From Zygnema circumcarinatum SAG 698-1b (lineage: Eukaryota; Plantae; Zygnematophyceae), in contig CM074807.1 in NCBI GenBank assembly GCA_037447605.1, positions 2,108,001 through 2,172,000 on the forward strand: a stretch of DNA of 64,000 nt, written 5' to 3'. Position 1 is the stretch's first letter, and each line of letters starts with the position of its first letter. Shown here piece by piece: positions 34,001-46,520 of the stretch. Position numbers and translations under genes: made by a program. The notes under the pieces were generated by a model. That model ran no database searches. It saw only the letters and a program-made list of their open reading frames with translations, and was not told where the DNA came from.

Positions 34001-37000
34001 TAACTGAAAGCACTGAACGTTTCGATGCATGAGAGGAGGACACTGCATTGAGTGTTTATAGGTGACTGGGGAGGGTTAAAAGCACCCACGCATATCGAAG
34101 GTCCAGCTTGTGCAGTACTTGTGGTTCCTCCCCTGGGCTTGGCTCAGCTGGAAAGGAGTACAGAATATCCCGTGGAGAGACTTCTACCCGGGCATCTCCC
34201 CCATCCTGCGTTTCCACCCTGTACTTTCCAATCCATTCACACCCCTACCATCAAGGTTCAGCATCTCTACGGTAACGAGAACATCGCCCATGCCAGACTC
34301 CATGTTTGCCAGGGCCTAAAGTCATGGCGAATTTTCTTAAGTCAAATCCTGTAAGTTCAGTACATATCTGTCGCGGATGCTTGCTTTCAGCAGTCCATGA
34401 ACTTCGTACGGAAACAGCAGCGAAAGGGTGGGTCTCTAATCTTCGAGCGAAGGGTACAACAAGCAACCGATGGTGCCCGGGAGTTATTGCCCGTTGCCTT
34501 TGCGGAAAGGTAGAAGAATAACTGCTATTTTTTTGACGATCTGTTCATGGTATGCAGAAAACGCACCAGCATAGTGACGACGGACGGTCAGATCTCCAGT
34601 TGATCGAACGTCTTCCCGGTCGCACACTGTTGAACGCAATTGGGATGTTTTCCGCTAATGGAAGCAGCGCTACCTCTTGCACTACAGAACCATCCAATGT
34701 CCACACCTCAACACGTTTGGGGAAACGACCACAAGGTACGAGGAAGGAAAAGGGCCGCTCGAGGTTGGCCACAAGCAGGTACTTGCCATCATTTGATGGC
34801 TCCACCTGCAAGCAGCCATTGAGGGCACGATTGAGATTCTGGGTCATGTGAGTATGGGAAACCCCTGAGGGGGGTAAAGTGGAGCAGGCCAGTTTTTGAT
34901 ATGCAACTGCAGGGTCACATTGCAACGACAGCCGGTACACTACCATCAAATTACTAGATTTATGCGGGAACCCTGAAATGTGATTCTCTGATATTATGAA
35001 CAACCAAACAATAACACGTTAGCAGAAAGCCGTATCCCAAAGCAAACTGTTCCTTCTAAATCGACCAAGCTCCGAATTGCTGAAACTTTTGCCAGGCAAG
35101 TCAGAACATTTATTACGCAACGGTTTAATCGAAGAAAAAAAAAACAAATCTGAGCTTTTATCCGTTGCTCATGCTGCTTACCGCTGTAAACATCTTTGGC
35201 TCACCGAGCATTTCCCAAGACCCATCGAGTCCTACGAGCAGAAGCTGGCTTGTGCCGTAGTATTCAAAAAGCTCCTCATCGTGGCTATCTTTAAGCAGGT
35301 CTTGGTAAGTGCGCGCCTGTGCCTTGCTGCCACGCTCATTGCTCTGCACAATTGGCCCTTTGGGAGCACGCGGTCTGACAGGAGCAGGCGGGCGGTCGGC
35401 AGGAACAGTGCACACCACAAGAGTGGTGTCATCAACCCACGAATACCTGCGGATGCACACCACAAGCGTCCCTCAGCAACAATTCGATGCCCCCTGTTGG
35501 ACTTTAGATATCAGCGAATGTGTGCATTGAGGCATTACGAGTGAGGCATAAGCTACACATCATCACGCAAAGTTGTCCTAAGCAAGCAAAAGTCAATAGG
35601 CACACGAAACTCACGAATCAAAAACCGTATTTAATGCATGTTCTGAATTGTTTAACAAAGGACGGGCTTCTCCCGTTGCCACGTCAGCTATCCACAAACC
35701 AAGCATGCTCCTCGAACCACCACCCTGCATGATTTCAAGCGAGTCACCGTTTTTCTTGCACAATAAGCGATACTGAATCTGACGGCAAGTCACATATTCA
35801 AGGTTGACACCCTGGTTGCTTCCTCCCCACCGCACCTTCTTTAATCCCTAACAAGCTAGGTTGCAAGCTTCAAAGACATTGCTCAGCAAAGTTTCGATTT
35901 AATTCATCGCATCTACAAAGGCCATCATAGAAACAGCAAAACTGGGATGGTAGCATTCCAAACTCTCCTCAATTTTCCAAAGCAACTACATCAATAGCTG
36001 AAGCTACAGTGGCCCCTGTGGCTTTCTCTTCCAGCACTATTATTGATGTGGGTAGCGCATATATGAAAGTTGAGTATTATCAGCTTTACATCCTTGCTTT
36101 CTGCTGCATGAGCATATCTCTCCACAATCCTAAAAGTGTCACTACCGAACTTGAAGCATCCTGAGCGCAGTGCTCCGCAGACTTGTTTAAACTCTCATCA
36201 GCCTCGCTTAATTCTTCAAGTTCAAGCTTAAGGCGAGACACTCATTGACACTCACTCACTCACACTCGAGACACTCATAAGAACCTTGCCTTTCAGCTTC
36301 CTGCCTTCACAGCGAAGGCTTGTCTATGCAAGATACCATTCGCAAATGTGGAGGAAAGTCACTTTGCATTATTCCAGAAAACCACAATTTGCAGAAGAAT
36401 GAGCGTACCTCCTCATCTGTGCGAATAGTAAATGCAAGATGACGACCATTTGGCGCCCTGCAAAATCGAACGACACGTTCTGTAAGCCATATTACTCACA
36501 GTTTTATCTGCTAAAGACCAGATCGAATCACTTTCGCCAATTCTCACTGTATGGTCCATACTTGAGGGGTTTCAAACGCCCCTTCAGTAACCAGCTGAAC
36601 GATTTACTTCTGTCAAAATGGAGGCGTGTGGCAGTGAAAATCAAATTAAACGAGATATTAAGGGCATAAAAGTTGGACGAACCAGCTAATAAAATTTATT
36701 TTAGCACCAATGGGTAAATTCACAACTTCTCGCTTTTCCCCCAAACTGTCATCCTCCAACAGCTTGCAGATGCTGATGCCAGAATAAAAAGACCTGCAAC
36801 ACGAGGAAGAAGTAAACTGAGCCGAGGGGAACCGTTCACAGAAGTTAGTGCAAGCAAAGCGAGAAGCAGGACCATGTCAGAAGAGAGTCATCGTCAAAGG
36901 TCTTAATTTACGTCACACGATAGTTTTAGATCGTTTGCACGATATACTATCAGCAACTAGCCCTGCAGTGCCTTCCGAGTAGAAAGGTGCAGCGATTAGG

Positions 37001-37875
37001 ACCTCAGAGAAGAGCCACATACATTCGACTGCGTGCATTGCATTCTGGATCAATACGCAGACCCGCCAGCTTAAGCTCAGGGCGAGCAAACTCGGATATT
37101 GGTGGTAAAGAAGGGCGATGCAAGTACAGCACTTGGTCCCGTTCTGGAGAAAATGATAGTGCCGGAGAAGCGGGAGCATCAACAATATCTAATATTTCTT
37201 TAGGGGGAAGGAGATAGGTGGAATCCGTGTTCGCAGCTCCTGTGTGAATTTATAAACGACAACAAAGTCAGCAATTTTTTTGACGAAATGATCCCGACTT
37301 CATGCATTTGCATGCGTGGCCCCTAAGAATTTGAGTACAGCGTTCATAATTTGCCCTGTAGTGAAATGACAACTTTCATCTTGACAAAGTGACAAGATGG
37401 TCTCACCATTTACTCCAGCCCCTCCTGCTGTATCAGACTCCTCTGTGGATACTGTGCTTGCACGTGTTAGCCCTGCATTTGAAACTTGGCCAATTCCCCG
37501 TCCAGAGGACTGGCGAAAGGCATGAGACCGCAAACCTGAGTGTAAACTCTCCTCACTGCCGGAAGAGCCGCTTTTGAATTCTGCTTGGAGGCCGCTCGGT
37601 CTGCGAGGTCCAAAAGAAGAAGAAGAAGAAGTACAGAAGAGCCTCCTCGGTTGCCTTGAGTGCTTCGCTTGCCTTGTTTCCTTCAACAAATGGTCCAGTC
37701 TAATTGCAGAATTCCGGGAAACAACGCCGGGATCACAGACCGTGACCGATATGCGTCGGCTACCGCTTAGCTGCAATTGCAGCCTCACAGAGCTCACATC
37801 TTGGAAAAGGGCTTTGGTTGAGTGGAAAGGCCAAAGCGAGTACGAGAAACGCGCTGCCGCACCTGCGGAAGGCAT
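31053..37875 (-). CDS. CGEP: Chloroplast glutamyl endopeptidase (S9D peptidase); many exons
   Basis: PPKEILDIVDAP...ARPELKLAGLRID, YERPDGVQLTATLYLP, WAYPREYKS, catalytic GGHSYG, LLIHGEDDNNAGTFPMQ and PHEGHGY. Exon 1 is a Ser/Arg-rich transit peptide. Confidence 0.93.
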
Positions 37876-38446
37876 GACTTCTACCACAGACCTTTAACCT
37901 GCACTAAGCAGCCTCCGGCCGTGCAGGCATTGGCTTCCCTCCAGCTCTGGCAGGGCGCTGCACAGGAGCAGGCGCTGCAGGGAGAGCCGGAGAGGGAGAG
38001 CTGGAGAGGGCAGTGCTGCAGGAGGCCGGGGAGCGGGAGTCTCTCCCATCCGCTGCCACGTGGACTCACTCTCCTTGACTCAATCTCAACGCAGTTACGT
38101 AAAGCGTTGAAACCATCGCCAGCGTTCAATGTGTCCGCACAGTTTCCAGTTCTGTTCGAGTAGTGTCCGATTCAACTGCGCCGGTAGCATGTTATCCTGT
38201 AAAATTTGTAGCCAAAATAGTTGAAAAAAGTCGAGGAAAAATATAGTGGAGCGTGGCGTGCCAGGATTGGTTCCGCTCGTCTCGGGTGGTTGGTCGACCG
38301 ATCGTTGTTTTTCCATCAAATTGGTCAAACTATATCAGTCAGTCATGACTCCTAACCAACAAACGTTTTTTTAGTCATCAGGCAGAGAGAGCCTTTGAGA
38401 GTGGCAGGAGGGAGGGTCGTAGGAGGTTCCTGCTTGCTCGGGCGCC

Positions 38447-41400
38447 ATGGAGGCGAGAGCAGCGTTGGAGGGCATTCGCACGGAGCATGTGCTTGGCAGG
38501 CGCCATGGACCCTCGCTCGGGCAGCCTGCGCAGCTGCTTTCAAGGCGGTACTCTGTTTCTGTGTGCCTCACTCCTAAGGAGAGCTCCGCGCGGCAGAGAA
38601 AGGAGGCTGCAGGGGTGCGGGCATCCCATGAAGAAAGCTCCAGGTAGAGATCATGCTGAATATTGTGAATGAGATGCGCATATGTCTAGCAAGAATTGCA
38701 GTTTTATGCGGGCAGGTTTAATTCGGCTATGGGACTGCGCGTTAAGTTTTTGGATAAGGTTTTCTTTCGGCTAGTTGTCGAACCGGTTGCGAGTACTGGT
38801 ATTGGTGAGCAGCATTATCAGAGTGACGTGCGAAAAGTTATAGCTACAAAGCTGGCGATCAGAGCTTCCCTTCTCTCGATTCAAAAGATCTTGGCTGCCG
38901 AGTCCAATGTAGGCTGCCGAGTCCCATGTACCTTGCACGAGCCCTGTAGCTGCGCAGTTAGACGAGCTTGGAAGATAAGTGGGCTCTGTTGGCAGAATGC
39001 TTTATTGTGTGTGCTGCCACCAACAGCTCTTCGTTCCTTCCCGCAGTGGCAGGTCTGCACTTCAGCTTACAGAAGTTCTTGCAAAGTCTTTGTGGGGGAA
39101 AGGCCTCCCTCCCGGTGCTCTTGTGCAGGCAAGCAATCTTCTCCCACTTTGTTTAAGACATCCACTCGGCGCAGAATACTTAGCAAACTTTGTGTTAAAT
39201 TCTTGATGCCTACTATTCGATATCACTGGATGCATGGAAAAGCAGCCTTCACCGTGTATTTTTAAGTGCTTGAAACATCTTTTGCAGTTGGGCAGAATGC
39301 AGAAAATTGCTTTGAGACTCTTTTGAACTTTTGCAATGGCCGACGTCCGGCTTGTTTGTCTACCAATTGTCAATATGGCCAAGAGCTTAAATTGGCGACT
39401 TTCTTCAATTGTCCTCTTTTTAGCAGAGAAATTCAAGTACCGGATAAGAAGGGCATGCTGAAATGGGAGGAGTGTGATGAATTTTGGAAAGCAGGTTGTG
39501 CGGAACACATGGACGCTTGCCTGGAGTGTCATGATGGGTCAGTTAGCCCCACAGTCAGCGGGGGGAGCCTACACGCGGCCAAAATCGGAATTCCGTGGCA
39601 AAGTGCAGAAGGGCGGGAAATACCCTCCAGAAGCAGGCCGCTATCATCTTTACGCTGCTCTTTCATGTCCGTGGGCTCACAGAACTCTCATAGTTCACTC
39701 TCTCAAGGGTTTGGCGAACGTAGTTCCTGTATCTGTGGCAGTACCTGGGGACTCAGGCTTGTGGGAGTTTAGACCAGGCAAGCAGCAGCAGCCTTTGAGT
39801 GGACTCTACGAAGGGGCAGCTGGACAAGCTTCTTTCCAGCCAACTAACGATCGGGCAAACGGATGCGAACGCTTGAAGGATGTCTATGGGTTGCGGAGTG
39901 GCGGATATGATGGGCGGTCCTCTGTGCCCATGGTGTGGGACACCATAAGGAGGTGTGTTAGCTTGAAAGGCTCTTAGTTCAACTCAGCCAATGGGTTTTT
40001 TTTTTTTTTCGCACGGTTCATGGTGGAATCTTGAATTTCAGTCAGGTTCCGCTCTTTGCGGTAATGAGGAACAGGTGAAGTGTAGTCGGAGCATTTGTGT
40101 GATGTTGATGGGTGGGCCTCAGGGCTCCAATTACGATTCAGAGAAGTGGTGAACAACGAGAGTGCTGATATTATAGAAATGCTCAATTCTTCCTTCAACG
40201 ACTATGCTGAGCACCCAGAGCTGGAACTTGCACCGGAACATGCACGAGAACAGATGGACGCGTGGAATGCCGAAATTTATGAAAATGTCAACAATGGTGT
40301 CTACAGGTGAGTGGGGCTCAGTCGATAATAGAATGTAGAGAAAACAAATTGGGTAATGAAAACTGTTTCATGTACCAGTATGGTGAAATTGTACATGCCT
40401 GCGGTGCGGTCCAGTTGCAGGTAGATGACCTTTTTGAAGTCCATGATGGGAGCACTATGCGTATTTTGCAGCTGTTTGGCAAGGTGAACACCAGCAAGCA
40501 ATGAAATTTATTGTCAAATTCTCTGCTCTTGTGATTGTGTTTGTGCAGATGTGGTTTTGCAACTTCCCAGGACTCTTACACAAAGGCTGTGACAGATCTC
40601 TTTCTAACTCTCGACAAGCTGGATGAGCACTTGAGGATAAATCGCTACATCTGCGGAAACTCCCTCACACTTGCAGATGTCCGTCTCTTCACAACGCTCT
40701 ACCGCTTCGATCCGGTGTACCATACGCTCTTTAAGTGCAGCCGCCAAAAAATAGCCGAGTATGAACACCTTGGTGGTTACCTGCGAGAGCTCTATCAGGT
40801 CAGTAATCGAGTCAACTGCGTGGTGGATCATTTGAATTTGTGATGCGTTTGAATTGTTGATGGCTGCATTGTTCTTGGTGTGCTTCAATTACTGGTGGCA
40901 AAATCTCAACTTAGCCATTCCTAATTGCTAGAGGGAAATTCCTAGCCACGGACTAGTGAGCGAAGGGAACTTCTTAGCCACCGAATAGAGACAACGGGAA
41001 ATTCTTAAGACTAATGACTTACGAAGTAGCGGCTAACCACACGTTAGTAAATACTGGTTACATTTTAAAACAGCTTGAAACAAAATGAACATGTTCCTGT
41101 CTATCTGTTGCCATTTGCTGCCCATGTATTGCCATGCAATGGCTGGTTCACATGTGCAGTCCAATAAGTTTCCAAGCATCTTAAAACTTCCTCTCGAAAC
41201 TTTTTGGAACTGATGCCAGATGGGTACAGCAAGCCGAGTTGCTGACAGTTCCGTCCCTTCACTGTCCTATTTCTCTGTCGATCCGGGCAGATGCCGGCAG
41301 TCGCAGCCACATGCGACATGGATGCCATCATGCGCAGCTACTTCGGGTCGCTCTTCCCCCTCAACCCGGGGGGCATTGTGCCGCTCGTGCCCTCTGCTTC

Positions 41401-41461
41401 GACAGCGACTGAATTACTGCGAAGGCACGACAGGGCTGCTGTCACGAGCATGCGCAGTTGA
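38447..41461 (+). CDS. Glutathionyl-hydroquinone reductase (Xi-class GST, YqjG/ECM4-like), probably plastid; exons 38447-38643, 39047-39128, 39495-39952, 40142-40306, 40549-40798, 41291-41461
   Basis: SLWGKGLPP, RYHLY...SCPWAHRTL, SVPMVWD, VNNESADII, VNNGVYRCGFA, DVRLFTTLYRFDPVY and LNPGGIVP. Confidence 0.92.
40932..41011. repeat. Three degenerate ~31-bp tandem units in GHR intron 5
   Basis: AGGGAAATTCCTAGCCA (40932), AGGGAACTTCTTAGCCA (40964) and CGGGAAATTCTTAAGAC (40995). Confidence 0.55.
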
Positions 41462-41899
41462 AGCTCTCTATTGTTCTATGCTTGTGTCTTGCGGGAATCT
41501 GATGATGGGTGACACTTTGAAAAAGTGGCATGGGGGGTATAACAATGATGGCAGGGGAAGGCAGTGGAGGCAGGCGCGTGTGTTTGCAACTAAGTTTTTG
41601 ACAGGTCTCTGCACTCTTGTCGATTTTTTCTTTCCACAATTTTGGACATCGCTAAAGTGCGTTTTTTTCCATCTGATTGTTCCGTTCCAAGCTACATGTG
41701 CCGGCAACGGCTGTCGAGGCGCAGTGTGTTGTTGTCGATGACATGCAGCAGAAGCCATCGGAGGTGATTGCTGGATGTCCTGTTCTGCCATGGACCGTGC
41801 TGGCCCCAAGGAGGCGCCAACCAAGCTGTAAGCTGCAGGGCAAACTGACACGCGTCCATAGGATGTCGCAAACGTCAGCGGAGTGCTGAGCGCACACCC

Positions 41900-42480
41900 A
41901 CTCGCGGCCCGCCCTCATCTTCGGCTCTGCCATGCGGCGCCGCGCACGGCCTGTCTGTTTCCGCTGCACGCACGCTCCAGCCGAACGCCACACCCGCCCT
42001 GCCAACTCGCCACGCGTGCGAAAGTGTGCGCGTAACGGGCCGCCGTTGGCAATGCCTCTACGTACTGTAGTTCGGCAATGGAAGCAGGCCCAGGGCAGGG
42101 CCGCCCTCCCTCCCTCCCTCGCAAGCAAACGCACGTCAAGTTGTGTACTGTACAGAAAGTAGTCCTGGCGCTAGGCAGGCGGGCGGGCGGGCGGGCGGGC
42201 GGGCGGGCGCGACGGCGCAGGGCCGTGGGTGGCCGTCCTCCCTGTTCGCCGCCGCAGGCAGCTGTGATCCTTGCTGCCGCCGTACGGACGGACGGACGGG
42301 CGTGCGTACGGCGGCGTGCTCAGCCTCAGCGGCGGGGCGGGGCGGGGCGGGGCCTTCCTGCGGTGCGTGCGCGGCACGTGACCACGGCGGACTGAAAACG
42401 GCGGATGCATGCGCCTGCGAGGCAGGAAACTTCCACGATGCACGCACGCCAGCCAGCCGGTCAAAAGGACGACCTTGACT
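41900..42480. promoter_or_regulatory. GC-rich promoter-like island with no assigned gene
   Basis: (GGGC)7 at 42181, CACGTG at 42375 and five GTAC cores. The composition resembles the other promoters in the window. Confidence 0.4.
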
Positions 42481-43728
42481 ACGGCAAGCCTAAAATGGGC
42501 AATCAAGATTTGTTTTAGAATTTTTACCGTCTAGCGAAGACTGGAGAATGCGTCTGGACTCGCTGCCCTGCCTTGTATTTCAGGCTGTGTTACTGTTTTG
42601 CGTAAAGCTGATGAACAGAGATGCATGCCATGAGAAGGGTTGAGCAGTGTTCCAATTCAAACAAGCTGGAAATTTTTCTTACCTGATTCTCAAAGGAGGC
42701 TTTGAGTACAAATTGATCAGTAGATTATCGCTTTGCATGTGAAGGAAGCCACAGGCAGCTTTGTGTCACATGGAGGAATGCTAATCACAAAGCTGGATAC
42801 TACCAGCAAGTCTTAAAAGTAAACACCAAGTCACGTTTGTGTACATCATTCACAAACAGACTTCACTTCCATCACAACGACTCTGCTTTTCACTTCACAC
42901 ATTTGAGTTCAAGAAACCACGCATAGTCAGTCCTGAAATGGCCACCTTTCATTTAACAAGAAAGCAACATCCTTTGCTTGGAGGCATCCAGGTTTGGTCG
43001 CACACTCCAGAGAGGCATTACGCTATAAAGAAGTCAAGAATGGCCCCATTCAAAAACTCTTTCACGCACGCATTGAACCCGCGACAAACTACCGCATCTT
43101 CAAAGGAACCCCAGTATTTAGAATAAATGTCATTCCAGGAGTGGGAACAAAAAGAAAAGCAATGTGAATCTGCCCTGCTGCGTAAATCACCCCATCCTCC
43201 CACGTCTACTCCTACATTATACAACACTGGCTAAAGAATGTCGTCTGCATGTCGTGTTCCGCAAAAAAAAAAGAACTTCCCAAATTCTTCAAGGAATAAA
43301 TAATTTGATGAGGTTCGCCCTTATCCCTAGACAAAGGAGATGCCGCTGTGGACGTGCCCAGGGAGTGCCAAGCAAACCGTTTGACCAAGCGGTGTTATTT
43401 GACTAGACTAGGATTAGTAGGGAGGAGAGCGAGAACCAAACTTGAGACACCTCGTGCAGCCCCTCTTGTTACGACACATACACTAGTGCCAAAATAGACC
43501 CCTCTAGCCATGGTTGCGGTTGACCCTTCGCGACGCATTACGTTGGACTCGATGAGAGCCCTTTGATTAGACGCGTCTTGCAGTGGAAGAACCTTATTGC
43601 ACTTTTGGAACTTCCTTGTCGAGCAGTAGAGGTAACCTCCGATGGGTCAGAAAGCTTCATTGTTCAAATGGACCAAATGGCTTGCCCTAGAAAAACTCCT
43701 AAAGACTGTCTGTGTTAAGTGCCTACCA

Positions 43729-45482
43729 TTAGCGGAATACGTGTGGACATGTGGTGTTGAGGACAACCAAAGTGGTCGTATTCAGACCTATAGTGCAGAG
43801 CAGCTGCTTGTCAAAGTCAGACACCAGAATACGCCAAACCACGTTGGCTCGCGCCTTCAAGTTTGCCAGCAGTGTGAGGTTCAAGAATGTTTCATCGACT
43901 GCCTGTTCAAACATATGGCCCACTCCATACAGAGGTTGGTTCCATGCAATCGCATTTGCCGAAAAATTGGTACGTGACTTTGTCGCCTGATCGAATGGCA
44001 TAACCTGCAACCACCTTCACCACCTGCATGAGATCTGTACAATTCCAGATGCATTAAGTGCGTGGCAAGCAGCCCAATCCCGTTCAATCTGCAGCTCCCT
44101 CGTGGCCAATCTCTTAGCAGCTTACCTCTCCAGACAACACCACAAGCCGGCTATAACCAAATTCCAGCGAGCCAGTGCGATGGTGCAAATCAAAGAGCGC
44201 GTTAGGGTTATGAACGCCGAACTTCACAGTTACGTTGCCATAAAGTCCTGCCGTGCTGATACCCACAGCATCAAAACTGCGAGCTTCAAAATCCAACCGA
44301 TGTATGTCCACGTTCTGCTCCCTCAAGAAAAGCCGAAAAATATCGCTTCAGTTTAATAGCAAATTTTGAACGAGTAAGAAATGAAAGATATCCCACAGAT
44401 GCAAAAGGCTGCCAACTGTCTACGCCTGACTTAACCCCCTCCTTTTATAAAGGTCTCAGTGAGCTATACGACTCCTTTAACAGACAAATCCTTACCTTTC
44501 ACACTCCTCCCGGCTTACTGAATCAGCATTTCCCTTCCCCTATCTAGTCATGCAACACCAAATGCATATTGACTGGCAAAAGGGAGATGCACCCCCCGTG
44601 ATGTCTTGCACTTCTACATTACATAAATCCTTCTTAATCATTGTTTCTAGTTGTCTTCGCCGGAACGAAACTCAGACCAGCAGATACCACTTTTCAAGAA
44701 CACCTGTTCATGCACTTCTGCACTGCTTCCTCCACATTCTCCCAAGAGAGTGTCCTCTGCCAGACGGATATGCAAATGATCCGCATAGACTGAGACAGGA
44801 GTTCCAAGCCAGAAGGGACACGCCAAAGAATATTGTAACTCACCAATATTGAATAAGTCGGACCATCAGGCCTCCAGATGCTCCAAGCTATGAGGGCGGC
44901 TACTCCCACCATCAGCACAAGAATGAAAATCGTTATCCATACCACGCATGTCACCTGCTTCACATATCGCTGGCGGTCTCTATCCGGATCGGGGAAATCC
45001 TCTTCTTCTTCATCGATTCTTGAAATGGATGGATCCTCAGATGATCGGCCAAAGCGAGTCTTGGAAGGCCCGGCTCCATCCCTCACACTCTGAGTATCCG
45101 AATCTGAAGCATAGTTTATCCCGTGGGATTCAAACCGAGACGGCGAAGATATTGCTGACGAGTATCCAGAATACGTCCCTCCCGGGTCCGACATGGCAGG
45201 AGTTTGCACATAATAGGGGGGCGCATGGTAGGGGGATGCCCCTGTAGCGTCTGAATGAAGCGGCGTTTCTACGGTGTAGTACGCATATGGCGGGTCCACG
45301 ACGTCCCGCGCAGGCGACTCCGGCGGAGTAGACGCCGTATCGCTGAAGGCGCTGCTGCCGCGCTGCGACTTCCGCGCCCATGCAGGCGTCCTCCCTCCTC
45401 CGCTGCCGCCAGCCACTCCTGACGGGCCCCCGTATAATGGATTGCTCCGCGGCCCTCCAGCAGCTTTCCCTGCCTCTGCCAT
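43729..45482 (-). CDS. NDR1/HIN1-like (LEA_2/WHy domain) membrane protein; exons 45482-44844, 44314-44126, 44004-43729
   Basis: Disordered N-terminus, one TM (CVVWITIFILVLMVGVAALIAWSIW) followed by RPDGPTYSI, then beta-rich VTVKFGVHNPN, PFDQATKS and LLCTIGL. Confidence 0.8.
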
Positions 45483-45757
45483 GGCGCCGCCTTTGCCCTG
45501 CGACCTTCCGCTTCTGAGAGCACGAGCGACAGTGAGCGCAGAAAGAGGGAGCGAGGGACGCGAGGGCGGTGGTCCTTCTCTCTCTCACTTGACAGCGCCT
45601 CCTGCCCGCCCGGCCGCCCTGACAGGCCCCTCCAGTTGCTCCTCTCCGCTCCGCGGGGCGCGGGCGAGGGTGCCGGGCTGCCCGCCACGTCGGGCAGCTG
45701 CAAACGAAGCCGCGCGCGGGCAGGGCAACGGTCCCACCGCCCCTCGCGGGGGCGCGA

Positions 45758-46134
45758 CTATAGATCCGTATTATACAGTTTGAGGTTCGATACAATGTAT
45801 AATACAGTATTAATACTGTATTATACACTGTATAATACCTTAACGCAACTGTTAACAGCCGTACAATCGGAACATATATACGTACGGAAATCATGTACGG
45901 AAGAGGTGTACGAACATGTACGTGCCAAGTCACACGTGTTGAGTGTTTGGCAAGTGACGTGACTTGGCAAGTGCTGGAATTTCAATATTATAATCAGATT
46001 TTGTTCAACTAACCACGAAAATAAAAAAAATACGTTAAATACATTAAAAATACACTGTATTTTTAAAATGTTGTATAATACGCATGTATTATACAGTGTA
46101 TTAATACACGCGTTTGATACATACGGATCTATAG
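45758..46134. mobile_element. 377-bp AT-rich MITE with perfect 14-bp TIRs and a 6-bp TSD
   Basis: CTATAGATCCGTAT (45758-45771) and ATACGGATCTATAG (46121-46134), with GCGCGA on both flanks (45752-45757, 46135-46140). AT-rich interior within GC-rich flanks. Confidence 0.9.
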
Positions 46135-46349
46135 GCGCGACAGACCGGGCAGGCCCGACAGACCGCCGCGGAACGTTTTTGCGCCGTCCGGACCGCAATC
46201 CGCGGGCAGGCAAGCGGCGGATCGATCCTGGCGGGCGGCCTGTTGCGTGACGCCCGTGACGTCCCGCCCCGTCCCCTCGCGATTGGCCGCCGGGCGGGCG
46301 GCGCCGCGTGGCGCGCGCAGCCCCTGATCGGCCTCCCGCGCTTGCGACC

Positions 46350-46446
46350 GTACATAGGTCGTACGAATAATACGGATAACCCGTACAGTACTGTATCGTA
46401 CAGTGGTCATCCGTACACACGAGTACGGTACCGTACAATATGGTAC
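46350..46446. promoter_or_regulatory. Cluster of ten GTAC cores
   Basis: GTAC at 46350, 46361, 46383, 46388, 46398, 46413, 46423, 46428, 46433 and 46443. Confidence 0.6.
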
Positions 46447-46520
46447 AGTGGTGCCATTTGCTGCAACTTGCAAGCGGAAGGTCTGAGGGGAGGAGGGCGC
46501 TGAAGGGCTGGAGGGTGGCC

